Shown: positions 37,794 to 48,260, counted from the first letter of the stretch. The stretch: 64,000 nt of DNA from Thermoplasmata archaeon (GCA_003552585.1 PUNK01000010.1:43909-107908); one strand, 5' to 3'. Notes: a model not told the origin generated them from the sequence alone. Numbers and translations are program-made.

Positions 37794-38534
37794 TTACCCG
37801 TAAAGGGGAGGATGTGCTGTTCGGCCTTCTATCTTCCGGTGGGCATCCTTGGTATTATTTACCAACTTGGTATACTGTTCTTCAAGTTCCTGAGCACTCT
37901 CTATCAAAGATTCGGTATCTACGTCTATTTCCATATAATCCGAAAAGTGGTCTAGCAGTATTGCTGAACCCCTTGGATCCGGGATTTGAGTTGGGGTCTC
38001 AGCATACATTGCTACTGCGGCTAAATCCCGCTCGTGTGCATATAATAACAGTGAACATGATATACCGTGTATTGCTCCCCTTTGAATGAGATCAACATTC
38101 AGCCGCTCTGCATGTTTTTCAGCATGATGAGAGCTCACCGCTGCCCATATCTTCCTTTCCTCGATTTCTCCCTCCTCGATAGGAAGGCCGTCAAAGATGA
38201 TGAATTCCTCTACATCCTTTTCCACGGACCAATCTATTATTGATTCGGCCAAAGTCGGGGCGAGCTCAGGGGAGATGACCATATCTGATTTGACCAATAA
38301 GAATCCTTCTCCAGCGAAAAATCTCACAGGTCTTCTCGGTACTCCATCGAATATGACCGCGGTAGGTGGAAACTCATTGCAATGGACGTGACCAACTTCG
38401 TGAAGGTCGAGTGTGTTTATCATCTGTTCTGAAGCTATCCCTCCTACCAGGCCGGGTCCTGGAAAACCTGCCACCAAAGTATTTACTTCTGGCAACTCCT
38501 TTTCGAGTATTATCTCATACCTTTTTTCTTTCAT
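37794..38534 (-). CDS. Proteasome assembly chaperone PAC2 family (PbaA/PbaB-like) with C-terminal HbYX
   Basis: GFPGPGLVG.IA, PDPRGS, VDTESL; ends PLYG. Confidence 0.9.
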   Translation of the reverse strand: MKEKRYEIILEKELPEVNTLVAGFPGPGLVGGIASEQMINTLDLHEVGHVHCNEFPPTAVIFDGVPRRPVRFFAGEGFLLVKSDMVISPELAPTLAESIIDWSVEKDVEEFIIFDGLPIEEGEIEERKIWAAVSSHHAEKHAERLNVDLIQRGAIHGISCSLLLYAHERDLAAVAMYAETPTQIPDPRGSAILLDHFSDYMEIDVDTESLIESAQELEEQYTKLVNNTKDAHRKIEGRTAHPPLYG

Positions 38535-38808
38535 GATATCACATTGGTTCTTAATTTACCATATTTAAACCTTGTATATGAGCGTTTGGAGGGAACTGTG
38601 CTGTAAGGAGGGACATAAAAATCTTTACCGTCAGAGCACATGAACCGCTTAGAAATTCGATCCTCACATAACGTCCCGATGCTTATTTTAAAATACGTTC
38701 AATGATTTTTTATTACCAGACATACGGGTTAATCTATGAGGAAAATATATTTATATCAAGGAGCTATTGCCTTTGTCAGACGGATAACATATTCGGAGGA
38801 CGAAAAAA

Positions 38809-41607
38809 ATGAAAACGAAAAAGATGTTGAATGCGATATTGGTATTGATATTGGTGGCGTCCACCTTGACCATCATGTTCACAGGAGAGGTCGCTGCCCA
38901 AAGTGGAGATATAATCTCCACCGATGCAGATGGAAATACTCGAAATGAGTTCTTAATGGATCATAACATCTACTTTGAGATCTGGGGCGATTCTGATACT
39001 GAGTATAGGATCAGGTTATATGAAGACGATGACATAATAGATCAGGTGCACAGAACAACAGACGAGGATGGATTTTACGCCTCTTATGACGATGGTACCT
39101 GGTTTGATAATCCCGGTGTTGGAGAATATCATCTTCAGCTTGCTGTAGATGGAGAACCTGTCGACACTCGTGACATAATCGTTTATGAGGAACAGGACTT
39201 CACTGAGAACTCGAATGTTATTACGACGGAGGACGATTACGAAACCGAAAAGAATTATTTCTTTGAAGGGGAGCCCGTGTATTTCAGAGCGATGATAAGA
39301 GATCAGTACGACCATATTCCAGAAACACAACCCCCGATCAGTTTACTCTTGGAAAAAGAAGGTGAGGATATAAACTTCGGTCATTGGACAAGCTATGAAG
39401 ATGGTGATTTCTGGGGAGCAATTTTTAATATCGACGGTGAATATGGAAACTATACACTCAGAGTCATGGATGCAGCTGAAGAGGAGGAATACGCCAGAAC
39501 TACATTCACCCTTATCACGATGGATATCTCTTTATCACCAGATGTGGATGTTTACACGCAAAACCAGGAAATAGAGATACATATAGACAGTAACTTCCAC
39601 GATCCTATTGACGTCGCCATAACCAACAGTACTGAGGCCCCATATCGCCGGATGGAAGGAGCACATTGGACAAACCAGGAGCTAGAAAACGACTATTGGA
39701 TGCGTGAATATCAAATACCCTTGGATGAAGAAGATGGCACCTATTATGTGGTTGTGAACCGCTCAGAAGATGATGAGATACTCGGATGGTATGAATTTGA
39801 CGTTAGAAAATTTGTGTTGGACGTGGAAACTGAGAAAGATGTATACCTCCCAGGTGAAGAAGTAAAGGCATTTTACACAGTCACTAACCTTCTCGATGGC
39901 TCAGAATATACAGATGTTGATGTGGAGTGGAGGTTCGAATATGAGGGCGATGAAGGAGAAACTAAATCACTAGAAGGTGAAGGTGTCGATGGAAGATTTG
40001 AATTTGTGATGCCTGAAGATGCAGAGATCAATGTAGACTCACAACTGCAGGTCTGGGCCAATGATACCCAGGAGAGATATGAGGACCATGAATTAATCTG
40101 GCTTTTTGTCGGTGATTTAAATCTGGACCTTACGGTAGATCAGGATGAATACTTGATAGGTCAGACACTTTATGTGACCCTTGAAACCTCGGTACCTAAC
40201 ATCGATGTCGATATCGAAGTCGAGCACGAAGGAGACATTGTTGACGAAATGAGTATCGTGACCGATGGTAGTGGCCATTATACACTCACGATAGATTCTT
40301 CGGGTTTGGACCCCGGTGCTTACGTGGTCAGAGGAAACGCCACGTGGAACGAACTGTGGGATACTGATGAAGACGGATTCGAACTGATAGATGAAATCAA
40401 AAGACTATCCGTCCATCTGGAAACCGACAGAGGAGTAAATCCGTATTATCCAGGTGATCAAGGTACTGTTTCGTACAGGGTAACATTAAGAGGAAGGACC
40501 ATCCACGATGCAAATGTGAGATACAGGCTTTATTCAGATCATCGAGTATTGGATAAAGGATTCGCCTATGACGGCAACATATCATTCCAAGTGCCCAGTG
40601 ACTATAACCCAGACTCAGAAGGGGATCTTGAGATGGATGTCGAGGCAGTTCTCGATCTGGAAACTATGGGTTCAAACACTATCCGAATACGCATCAGTAA
40701 TGGCGATATAATGTTGAACCCGAGTCAATGGGAATACCAAGCTAATGAGAACATCTCTTTCGAATACGAATTTGTCGGTATAGACCAGACGGAAGTAGAT
40801 TCACTAGAATACAGGATAGAAGAACAGATCACGTTCTGGGATTACGAGGTCATAGAATATGGCACTCCTGAAGAAGGATACTTTGAATTCACGATCCCTG
40901 AAATTCCTGCAGATAGTTATGATATACACCTCGAAGCGGTGACACATGGAGGAGCAAGGATTAGCACGGATGAAACGATTAGTCTTGTTTCTGGTTTCTA
41001 CCTAAGGATGGAGATCCTTACCGAATCGGACTATACAAGCGAAGTCTATGAACCGGGGCAGGAGATAACCATAAGCTATGAACTTGTTTCCAGGGATGGA
41101 AGTCCACTACCGGAAACTGTAAGGGTAGTCTATGGAATAGGAGGGTATCCAGAATCAATGGGCTCTTTCAGAACCAATGAAACCGAGGGGACATTTACAT
41201 TCACGGTTCCAGAGACTGTTAAAGATGGAGGTTATCCACTGTTTGTAATGGTTGGTGAACATGAAAGTATCGAGATAATCGATGTGGAAAGTGATCCCTC
41301 TTGGGGCTATGGACGGATCGCAGGTAGCTTCGGTTACCAAGAACTCATCATGACCTTGTTGATAGTCATCGCCCTGATCATAGGAGGGATGGGACTGCAT
41401 ACCGCAAAACAAGGCCAGCCAAAGAAACCTGAACCTTCTACAGGAACGGAAGAACCTGAACAATTCGAGGAAACAGATACTGATGAAGAAGAAACCAGTG
41501 AATTCTACGTAGAAGAAGGTGAACCAGAACCTGAAGATCAGTGGCAGGAGGAACCTCAGATCGAACCCGAAGAAGATCAGATAGAGACGGAAGACAGAGA
41601 ATGGTAA
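38809..41607 (+). CDS. Acidic cell-surface protein of tandem macroglobulin(MG)-like Ig domains, with C-terminal TM anchor and acidic tail
   Basis: Signal peptide; repeated (T/V)(D/E)K..Y.PG(E/Q) motifs; TM LIMTLLIVIALIIGGMGL; SD GGAGG. Confidence 0.78.
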   Translation: MKTKKMLNAILVLILVASTLTIMFTGEVAAQSGDIISTDADGNTRNEFLMDHNIYFEIWGDSDTEYRIRLYEDDDIIDQVHRTTDEDGFYASYDDGTWFDNPGVGEYHLQLAVDGEPVDTRDIIVYEEQDFTENSNVITTEDDYETEKNYFFEGEPVYFRAMIRDQYDHIPETQPPISLLLEKEGEDINFGHWTSYEDGDFWGAIFNIDGEYGNYTLRVMDAAEEEEYARTTFTLITMDISLSPDVDVYTQNQEIEIHIDSNFHDPIDVAITNSTEAPYRRMEGAHWTNQELENDYWMREYQIPLDEEDGTYYVVVNRSEDDEILGWYEFDVRKFVLDVETEKDVYLPGEEVKAFYTVTNLLDGSEYTDVDVEWRFEYEGDEGETKSLEGEGVDGRFEFVMPEDAEINVDSQLQVWANDTQERYEDHELIWLFVGDLNLDLTVDQDEYLIGQTLYVTLETSVPNIDVDIEVEHEGDIVDEMSIVTDGSGHYTLTIDSSGLDPGAYVVRGNATWNELWDTDEDGFELIDEIKRLSVHLETDRGVNPYYPGDQGTVSYRVTLRGRTIHDANVRYRLYSDHRVLDKGFAYDGNISFQVPSDYNPDSEGDLEMDVEAVLDLETMGSNTIRIRISNGDIMLNPSQWEYQANENISFEYEFVGIDQTEVDSLEYRIEEQITFWDYEVIEYGTPEEGYFEFTIPEIPADSYDIHLEAVTHGGARISTDETISLVSGFYLRMEILTESDYTSEVYEPGQEITISYELVSRDGSPLPETVRVVYGIGGYPESMGSFRTNETEGTFTFTVPETVKDGGYPLFVMVGEHESIEIIDVESDPSWGYGRIAGSFGYQELIMTLLIVIALIIGGMGLHTAKQGQPKKPEPSTGTEEPEQFEETDTDEEETSEFYVEEGEPEPEDQWQEEPQIEPEEDQIETEDREW

Positions 41608-41608
41608 A

Positions 41609-42169
41609 CTATAAACCTTTAACCCCTTTCCCTTTTTTCCATTTTTTGATTATTTCTTCAGAAGACATTAATTTTGCGCCGTAAACGTTCTCCATATATT
41701 CCAAGGAACTTTTGTGTTTTGATTCCTCAACAGCAGCGGTGCAATCGTTAACAACGATTATATCGAATCCTCTGAAGAAAGCTCCAGCTGCAGTGTGTTG
41801 AATACATATATCCGTAACAACACCTGTAAGAATAACTGTATCAACCGATAGTTCTCGAAGGATAGGGTGAAGGTCGGTCAAGTGAAAAGAGTCGTAGAAA
41901 CTCTTCGGTATGTTTATCCCTTGATAGATGGAAAGCTCCGGTATAGTTTGTGCACCCTCTTCACCTTTCATTGCATGCTCGCCGAAGACATCCATCTCAG
42001 GATCGGACTTGCTGTGCGAGTCCTGACAGAAAACTATAGGGATACCATAGCTTTCAGTATTTGCCAAAAAATCCTCCAGGACATCCACGATACCTCGAGC
42101 CCCTTCACTCCCCAGTTTACCATAGACAAAATCATTTATCATATCTATAACAAGGACAGCTTCTGTCAT
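41609..42169 (-). CDS. Isochorismatase/nicotinamidase-family cysteine hydrolase
   Basis: VIDMINDF, DSH, K..YDSF, TGVVTDICIQHT. Confidence 0.9.
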   Translation of the reverse strand: MTEAVLVIDMINDFVYGKLGSEGARGIVDVLEDFLANTESYGIPIVFCQDSHSKSDPEMDVFGEHAMKGEEGAQTIPELSIYQGINIPKSFYDSFHLTDLHPILRELSVDTVILTGVVTDICIQHTAAGAFFRGFDIIVVNDCTAAVEESKHKSSLEYMENVYGAKLMSSEEIIKKWKKGKGVKGL

Positions 42170-42355
42170 CTTATCACTTGTAAATCGTACACGAGATACT
42201 TATCGTTTGTGATTCAGGGAAGGTAAAATGTAATACATTTTTGATATAGGGATTTTGATTATAGCATTAATATATGTTCAACAAAAATAGCAAAATTATT
42301 AACCCCTTTAACCTATGTGGAGAACCCCTATAGAAAACAATCAGAAGTGGACAAA

Positions 42356-45300
42356 ATGACCGTCGAAACACTTACAGATAATGCGATAAAAATACTTGAA
42401 GAAAGATACCTTAAAAGGGATGAAGATGGGAATATAGTGGAAACCCCCGATGAGATGTTCATGAGGGTGGCAACAGCTGTCGCCGCTGTGAATGATGACT
42501 ATGATGATGATAGAACATCTGAATCTGAGGGTGAGGAGTTCTACAAAGCCCTTGTCAGTCTCGATTTTATACCGAATTCCCCAACCCTAATGAACGCAGG
42601 TCTGGAACTTGGACAGCTTGCCGCCTGTTTTGTACTCTCACCAAATGACGACATGGATAGCATATTTCAACAGGTGAAGAATGCTGCCAAAATATTCCAA
42701 TCTGGTGGCGGTGTTGGATATACTTTTTCGCGACTAAGACCTCAGGGGGATACGGTAAAATCGACAGGGGGAGTTGCAAGTGGTCCAGTATCTTTCATGA
42801 AGGTTTACGATCAGATGTGCAACACCATAAAGCAAGGAGGTAAAAGAAGAGGGGCACAGATGGGCATCCTCTCAGTACAGCACCCCGATATAGAACATTT
42901 CATAAGTGCGAAGGATTCCGAAGAGGCCCTTAATAATTTTAACATATCCGTAGGTCTAACAGAGGAATTTATGGAGGCGGTGAAATATGGTGAAGAGTAC
43001 GAACTCATCAATCCCCACAGTGATGAAGTGATGGAAAAAGTAGATGCGGAAAGAATTTACAATAAAATAATCCATCAGGCTTGGAAGAACGGTGAACCTG
43101 GGATAATATTTTTGGACCGGATCAACGAAGCAAACCCGTTCGATGTAGGAAAGTATCCCGACCATATTATGGATGCCACGAATCCGTGTGTTACAGGTGA
43201 CACCTTGATCAGTACAAAGGATGGGTTATTAAGTGCTGAAGAATTATGTAAGGACGGAGATGATCTAGATATCGTGGTGGATGGTAGATTAAGTGATGAC
43301 AGGATCAAAAAAGCTTCGAATGTTTTCAGAACAGGAAAAAAAGAGGTGTATAAATTAATAACAAAGGAAGGCTTTGAGATTAGATTAACTGAAAACCATC
43401 AAGTAATGACTGACCATGGTTGGAAAGAAGTAGGGGATATAGAAAATGGTGAAATGGTACACATCGGGAACAGAGGTGTAGAGTTTGGTGATAAAGGAGA
43501 TCTCGAAGAAGGTTTAGTTTTAGGTTGGATCGTCGGTGATGGACGGATAAAAAGATCTGAGAAGAGAGTGGTTCTACATTTTTATGATAAAGATACGACA
43601 ATATCCGAGCGCTATGCTGAGTTTGTTAACAAAATAATACGCAAATCGATAGGTGATGGTGATTATAAAGTTGGGGTACAGGATATCGAGAGAGGTGATG
43701 ATCCTGTTAAAGAACAGAGGGTAGGCTCGGCAAGGCTTTACGAAATCACTGAAAGATATGGTTTGAATGAAAACAAACTAAAAGTCCCAGATGCTATTTT
43801 TAGATCAAGCAAAGAGTTGGCGAGAGGATTCTTAAAAGGACTATTTACAGCTGATGGAAGTGTACAAGGTAATGTTGAAAAAGGAGTGTCAGTTAGGCTG
43901 TCTAGTTCTGAACTGACTTTACTGAAGGATGTACAAAGACTGCTTTTAGGCTTTGGAATTTTCAGTAAAATATATCAAGAACGAAGGAAAGATGGTAATG
44001 ACAGAGTTAAAAAATATCAAGTTAAGGCACAGCATGAACTAGTGATAAGTGAAGAGAATCTTGAGAAGTTCAAAGATGAGTTAGGATTCGTCAGAGAGGA
44101 TGAGAATCAAAAATTGGAAGAATTATTAGACGATGATTCCAAAGGCTCATATTCAGAGAATTTCAAAGCCTCTGTAGAATCTATTGAATTAGATGGTCAC
44201 GAAGATGTATTCGATTTAACCGAACCTGATACACATTCTTTCATAGCTAACGGTTTCGTTGTCCACAACTGTGGTGAACAGCCATTAGAGGATTTTGAGG
44301 CCTGTAACCTTGGCCATATAAACCTCAGTAACTGTGTTATCGATGGGGAATTAGATTGGGGAAAATTGGAAGATATGGTCGATCTAGGAGTAAGGTTTCT
44401 CGATAACGTCATAGATGCAAGCAGCTATCCAGATGTTGTAGGATATGAGGGAGAGGGGGATGCCATAACTAAGAAGGTACACAAGAATAGAAAGATCGGT
44501 CTGGGTGTGATGGGGTGGCACCACATGCTGATGAAACTTGGAATGGCTTACGCTAGCAGAGAAGCTCTTCAACTAGCTGAAGAGGTGATGGGTTTTATCC
44601 AGAGTAAAAGTAAAGAAGTCAGCAAACTTTTGGCTGAAGACCGTGGTTCATTTCCAAATTGGGATAAATCGAAATACGATGAACCCATGCGCAATGCTAC
44701 TACTACTACCATCGCTCCTACGGGCACTACCAGCATGATCGCGAATACCAGTAGCGGTATCGAGCCTATTTTTGCCGTATCCTACATAAAAACCGTTCTC
44801 GACGGAGAGAAGATGGTAATGCCTGATCCTGTCTTCGGTGAGATAGCTAAGGAAGGAGGATTCTATTCAAAGGAACTGGCAAAAAAGGTGGCCGAGGAGG
44901 GATCCGTTCAAAACATAAATGATGTACCGGATGATTTGAAGCCTCTTTTCAAAACTGCCTTGGAGATCAAACCCGAATGGCATATAAGGACTCAAGGAAT
45001 ATTCCAAAAAAACGTGGATAACGCCATCTCAAAAACCGTCAATTTCCCGAACGATGCAACTGAAGAAGATATAAGAAGGGTTTACGATCTAGCTTACGAT
45101 CTCAAATGTAAGGGTGTAACGGTTTACAGGGACGGCTCACGCAGCGAACAGGTCATGGAGGTAGAGAAGGAGGAAGAAGAAGAGTTTGAAAGACGTCCTA
45201 GGAAGAGACCGCAGGTGGTGACCGGTACAACTCGAAAAATACCAACTGGTTATGGTGGATTGTACGTTACCATCAACGAAGATGAACACGGTCTGTTCGA

Positions 45301-45694
45301 GATCTTCGCTCAGATAGGGCGATCAGGAGGTTACACTCAGTCCTTCACAGAATCCCTAGCACGCTTAGTTTCTTTATGTTTACGCTCGGGAATACCGGTC
45401 GAGGAGATAATCAGCCAACTTGAGGGTATCAGGTCTCCTGACACTATATTCGCATACGGTGAGAAGATATTCTCCATACCCGATGCCTTGGCGAAGGCAC
45501 TAAGATGGCATCTAGAGGGTAAGCCAAGGGGTGAACAGGCACGTTTACCTACTAGTGAGGAAAAGGAAAGGACGAACGATGTGCAGAGGATTGTCAAACA
45601 AGGACTTAATCCAGCCTGCCCTGACTGTGGTTCAATGCTCACCCTGAGTGAAGGGTGCAGAACCTGTCCAAACTGTGGTTACAGTCAATGCTGA
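42356..45694 (+). CDS. nrdJ: Adenosylcobalamin-dependent (class II) ribonucleotide reductase with intein, C-terminal TSCPD domain and Zn ribbon
   Basis: ERYL, PNSPTLMNAG, GQLAAC, QGGKRRGA, NP/CGEQ, IAPTGT, VYRDGSR, CPDC...EGC..C..CGYS.C. ATG 42356 preferred. Confidence 0.95.
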   Translation: MTVETLTDNAIKILEERYLKRDEDGNIVETPDEMFMRVATAVAAVNDDYDDDRTSESEGEEFYKALVSLDFIPNSPTLMNAGLELGQLAACFVLSPNDDMDSIFQQVKNAAKIFQSGGGVGYTFSRLRPQGDTVKSTGGVASGPVSFMKVYDQMCNTIKQGGKRRGAQMGILSVQHPDIEHFISAKDSEEALNNFNISVGLTEEFMEAVKYGEEYELINPHSDEVMEKVDAERIYNKIIHQAWKNGEPGIIFLDRINEANPFDVGKYPDHIMDATNPCVTGDTLISTKDGLLSAEELCKDGDDLDIVVDGRLSDDRIKKASNVFRTGKKEVYKLITKEGFEIRLTENHQVMTDHGWKEVGDIENGEMVHIGNRGVEFGDKGDLEEGLVLGWIVGDGRIKRSEKRVVLHFYDKDTTISERYAEFVNKIIRKSIGDGDYKVGVQDIERGDDPVKEQRVGSARLYEITERYGLNENKLKVPDAIFRSSKELARGFLKGLFTADGSVQGNVEKGVSVRLSSSELTLLKDVQRLLLGFGIFSKIYQERRKDGNDRVKKYQVKAQHELVISEENLEKFKDELGFVREDENQKLEELLDDDSKGSYSENFKASVESIELDGHEDVFDLTEPDTHSFIANGFVVHNCGEQPLEDFEACNLGHINLSNCVIDGELDWGKLEDMVDLGVRFLDNVIDASSYPDVVGYEGEGDAITKKVHKNRKIGLGVMGWHHMLMKLGMAYASREALQLAEEVMGFIQSKSKEVSKLLAEDRGSFPNWDKSKYDEPMRNATTTTIAPTGTTSMIANTSSGIEPIFAVSYIKTVLDGEKMVMPDPVFGEIAKEGGFYSKELAKKVAEEGSVQNINDVPDDLKPLFKTALEIKPEWHIRTQGIFQKNVDNAISKTVNFPNDATEEDIRRVYDLAYDLKCKGVTVYRDGSRSEQVMEVEKEEEEEFERRPRKRPQVVTGTTRKIPTGYGGLYVTINEDEHGLFEIFAQIGRSGGYTQSFTESLARLVSLCLRSGIPVEEIISQLEGIRSPDTIFAYGEKIFSIPDALAKALRWHLEGKPRGEQARLPTSEEKERTNDVQRIVKQGLNPACPDCGSMLTLSEGCRTCPNCGYSQC
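43187..44269 (+). mobile_element. Intein (361 aa) with LAGLIDADG homing endonuclease, inserted immediately before the catalytic Cys of NrdJ
   Basis: Starts CVTGDT after TNP, has block B LTENH, endonuclease motifs LGWIVGDG and FLKGLFTADG, and ends VHN followed by C(+1)GEQPL. Confidence 0.95.
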
Positions 45695-45748
45695 GGAAGA
45701 AACGTGAGTTTCCGGTAAATTTATCCCACACCTATCAGTATAAGAGAT

Positions 45749-46744
45749 ATGGAATTCCGTATACCGCCGATACTCAACGCCGAGAGATTGATGGACAAGG
45801 CATACAGTAAAGCGTCGAAAGTACAGAAGATGGGGAAAAATCGGGAGGACGGGTTCAGAAGAACGACCTTGTCCAAACTGAAAGTTGTTTCAAACACACT
45901 CGAGAAAACACTTAAAAGATACGAAAAAAGTTTTCCGTCTTTTGATATGTTGCCTCCATTTTATCAGGATATCATCCATATCACTTTGGACACCGACCGG
46001 CTGAAAAAAAGTATCGCTACCGTGAATTGGGCAAGGAGAAAAATAAAAAGAACTGCAATGGAAAACGTTCGAGATCTTGGTTCGTGTGAGGGCATAGATG
46101 AGATGGAAGTTCTTAGGAAAAAAACCTACGGACGTGTTTCTTCTTTCTTAAGGCAGATCGACTCTGAATTGGAATATTTAGAAAGAGCTAGGAAAAAGTT
46201 GAACTCGCTTCCAGACATCAGGATGGATAGACCTACGATCGTTGTGGCTGGCTCCCCGAACGTTGGTAAGTCCTTGCTCATGTCCCGCCTATCGAGTGGA
46301 AAACCAAAGGTTGCAACCTATCCTTTCACCACGCAAGAAGTGGGTATAGGCCATCTAGACGTAGATGGGTACGTGGGTCAGGTGATAGATACACCGGGCA
46401 TCTTGGACAGACCGATGGAGGAAAGAAACCAAATCGAGATGCAGGCTATGAAGGCGATAGAAAAACTTGCTGACTTGATAATCTTTGTTTTTGACCCAAC
46501 AGGAACCTGCGGCTATCCTATAGATGCTCAGGAAGCACTCTATCGAGATATAAGAGATGGCTTCGAAAACATCGAGATGTTGGTTGTCTATAATAAATTA
46601 GATCTTATCGATGAGGAGAATAAAGAGGGTTTGTATGTGTCCGCTTTGGAAGAGGAAAATCTAGATATTTTAAAGGAGATTTTAGGCAAAAAAATTAAAT
46701 ACTTCTACAGAGAACAAAGGATAGATGTTTGCCAAGTTGATTGA
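45749..46744 (+). CDS. NOG1-family GTPase
   Basis: GSPNVGKS, YPFTT, DTPGILDR, RNQIE, NKLD. Confidence 0.93.
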   Translation: MEFRIPPILNAERLMDKAYSKASKVQKMGKNREDGFRRTTLSKLKVVSNTLEKTLKRYEKSFPSFDMLPPFYQDIIHITLDTDRLKKSIATVNWARRKIKRTAMENVRDLGSCEGIDEMEVLRKKTYGRVSSFLRQIDSELEYLERARKKLNSLPDIRMDRPTIVVAGSPNVGKSLLMSRLSSGKPKVATYPFTTQEVGIGHLDVDGYVGQVIDTPGILDRPMEERNQIEMQAMKAIEKLADLIIFVFDPTGTCGYPIDAQEALYRDIRDGFENIEMLVVYNKLDLIDEENKEGLYVSALEEENLDILKEILGKKIKYFYREQRIDVCQVD

Positions 46745-47027
46745 TCACGTCCAATTCCTCTTCAAAGCCGATAAAGATACCAAAGGGATGAAGGTACGCT
46801 CGGGAAAAGGAAAATTGTACCTTTCTGAATATGGAGTACTGGTTTCTGACAACGGGCGATGGTATCATGTACCTATTGAAAGGATAAAAGATATTCATAG
46901 ATTAGATGGTAACAGACCTGGATTGGAATTCGAGATACCAGGGATGGAAATCATCGTTAGAGGAAGCAGAAGGTACCATCTTTGGGCCCTAAGGCATTTT
47001 CTTCTCCCATGGGTTGCCAAAAATTAA
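46725..47027 (+). CDS. Hypothetical protein (possible PH-like fold)
   Basis: 100 aa overlapping the NOG1 stop; beta-rich pattern GKLYLS..GVLV...WYHVPI..I. Confidence 0.55.
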   Translation: MFAKLIDHVQFLFKADKDTKGMKVRSGKGKLYLSEYGVLVSDNGRWYHVPIERIKDIHRLDGNRPGLEFEIPGMEIIVRGSRRYHLWALRHFLLPWVAKN

Positions 47028-47476
47028 ATTACGGTTAAAAGCAAAGCGATCGTGGTTAGGACCACCAGAAAAGGGGTGGTCGGTATAGTTTTGGACGGAG
47101 TGAATTTGTATCTCAATCTATTCTTGAATAGGTATACTGATACAACATAAAGAGCTATAGAAAACCCTGCGATGATTGGAGATGATATGGATAGCAGTGC
47201 AGCCAGGGCGAAAGCGTCATCTATAGGTACAGGCTCAATTGTGTAAAAATGAATATACGCAAAGAACAGAGCTATACCTATCCACTTGGCTAAAGAAGAT
47301 AGAAGAGGATATGGGGTAAAAATGATATCATTCAATAAAAATACAGCGGGAAAGATGATCCAAAGTTCGAACAAGTTGGTACGAGAGGACCAGTTCTTGA
47401 TATCGAATAATGCCTTGGCCGTTAGAGCCCCTAAGAGCAGAAGAAATCCATATATCTGTAGCGAATGGTAATGCAT
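47024..47476 (-). CDS. Polytopic membrane protein resembling the A24 prepilin-peptidase fold
   Basis: TM1 ends ALFDIK, a second Asp lies in PIDDAFALAAL, and the C-terminus has IPTTPFL; the GxGD motif is absent. Confidence 0.5.
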   Translation of the reverse strand: MHYHSLQIYGFLLLLGALTAKALFDIKNWSSRTNLFELWIIFPAVFLLNDIIFTPYPLLSSLAKWIGIALFFAYIHFYTIEPVPIDDAFALAALLSISSPIIAGFSIALYVVSVYLFKNRLRYKFTPSKTIPTTPFLVVLTTIALLLTVI

Positions 47477-47479
47477 GGT

Positions 47480-48106
47480 TCAGCGTTCTGTTTTCCTCTT
47501 GGATGGTCTCGAGCGTTCAGTTCCCTTACCTTTTTTCCTGAGTCCTCTGGATTTTTTACCCGCTGAGGTCAATCCGCGAAAAACTCTTCCCTTTTTATCT
47601 GGTTCGCATATCCAATTTATCTTGGGATCACTTTTGATCACGGGATGATCGGGATCGACCATGATCACTTCAAAATACTTATACCTACCATCTTCTCCCA
47701 CCCAATAGGAGTTGAGTATATGTAAGTTAGGATAGCGTCTTTGTGTTCGCTCTTCTGCGATCCTTTGAATATTTTTTCGAGGGGTTAATTTTTTGAAACC
47801 CATCCTTTTGGGACCTCTACCACCTGTTGGCCGAGAACTTCTACGTCCTCCTCGGCGGATCTTTGTCCTGGCAAGAACATATCCCTGTTTTGCTTTGTAG
47901 CCCAACTTTCTCGCCTTATCGAGACGGGTTGGATTCTCTATCCTCTTGAAGTTCTCGTCCCGCCTCCATCTTTTCAATCTCTCTCTCCTGAGATCCTCCA
48001 GGTAGCCTTCTCTAGGACTCTTCCAAGAATCCTCGATATACTTGTACATACTACCCTTGTTTCCAGAAACTTTTTCATCTTCCTCGTCTACGAATTCGTC
48101 GACCAT
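47480..48106 (-). CDS. rpl15e: 50S ribosomal protein L15e
   Basis: [44 protein letters not shown]. Confidence 0.97.
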   Translation of the reverse strand: MVDEFVDEEDEKVSGNKGSMYKYIEDSWKSPREGYLEDLRRERLKRWRRDENFKRIENPTRLDKARKLGYKAKQGYVLARTKIRRGGRRSSRPTGGRGPKRMGFKKLTPRKNIQRIAEERTQRRYPNLHILNSYWVGEDGRYKYFEVIMVDPDHPVIKSDPKINWICEPDKKGRVFRGLTSAGKKSRGLRKKGKGTERSRPSKRKTER

Positions 48107-48126
48107 GTTTACACTTCCTTGTTTTT

Positions 48127-48175
48127 GGATTCACCCCTAAAGGGCACATCTCCTGCGGGTCTAGTACCCGCCACT
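48127..48175 (-). ncRNA. Structured leader of rpl15e (probable eL15 ribosomal-protein leader)
   Basis: On the mRNA strand: hairpin GCGGGT-ACTAG-ACCCGC, then stem GGAGATGTGCCC-TTTA-GGGGTGAATCC, between a TATA box (about 48199-48205) and the start codon. Confidence 0.6.
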
Positions 48176-48260
48176 GCAGCATGCTTACAGTTATGGGGTA
48201 TATATCTCTTTTCCCCGGGATAAGCTTTATTACTGATTCACGGACTATTACAGAAAGTCG

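Noticed and set aside
44270-44281. CGEQ motif resembling an alpha-2-macroglobulin thioester near the MG-domain gene
   Set aside because: It is the NPCGEQ active-site motif of NrdJ in a different gene.
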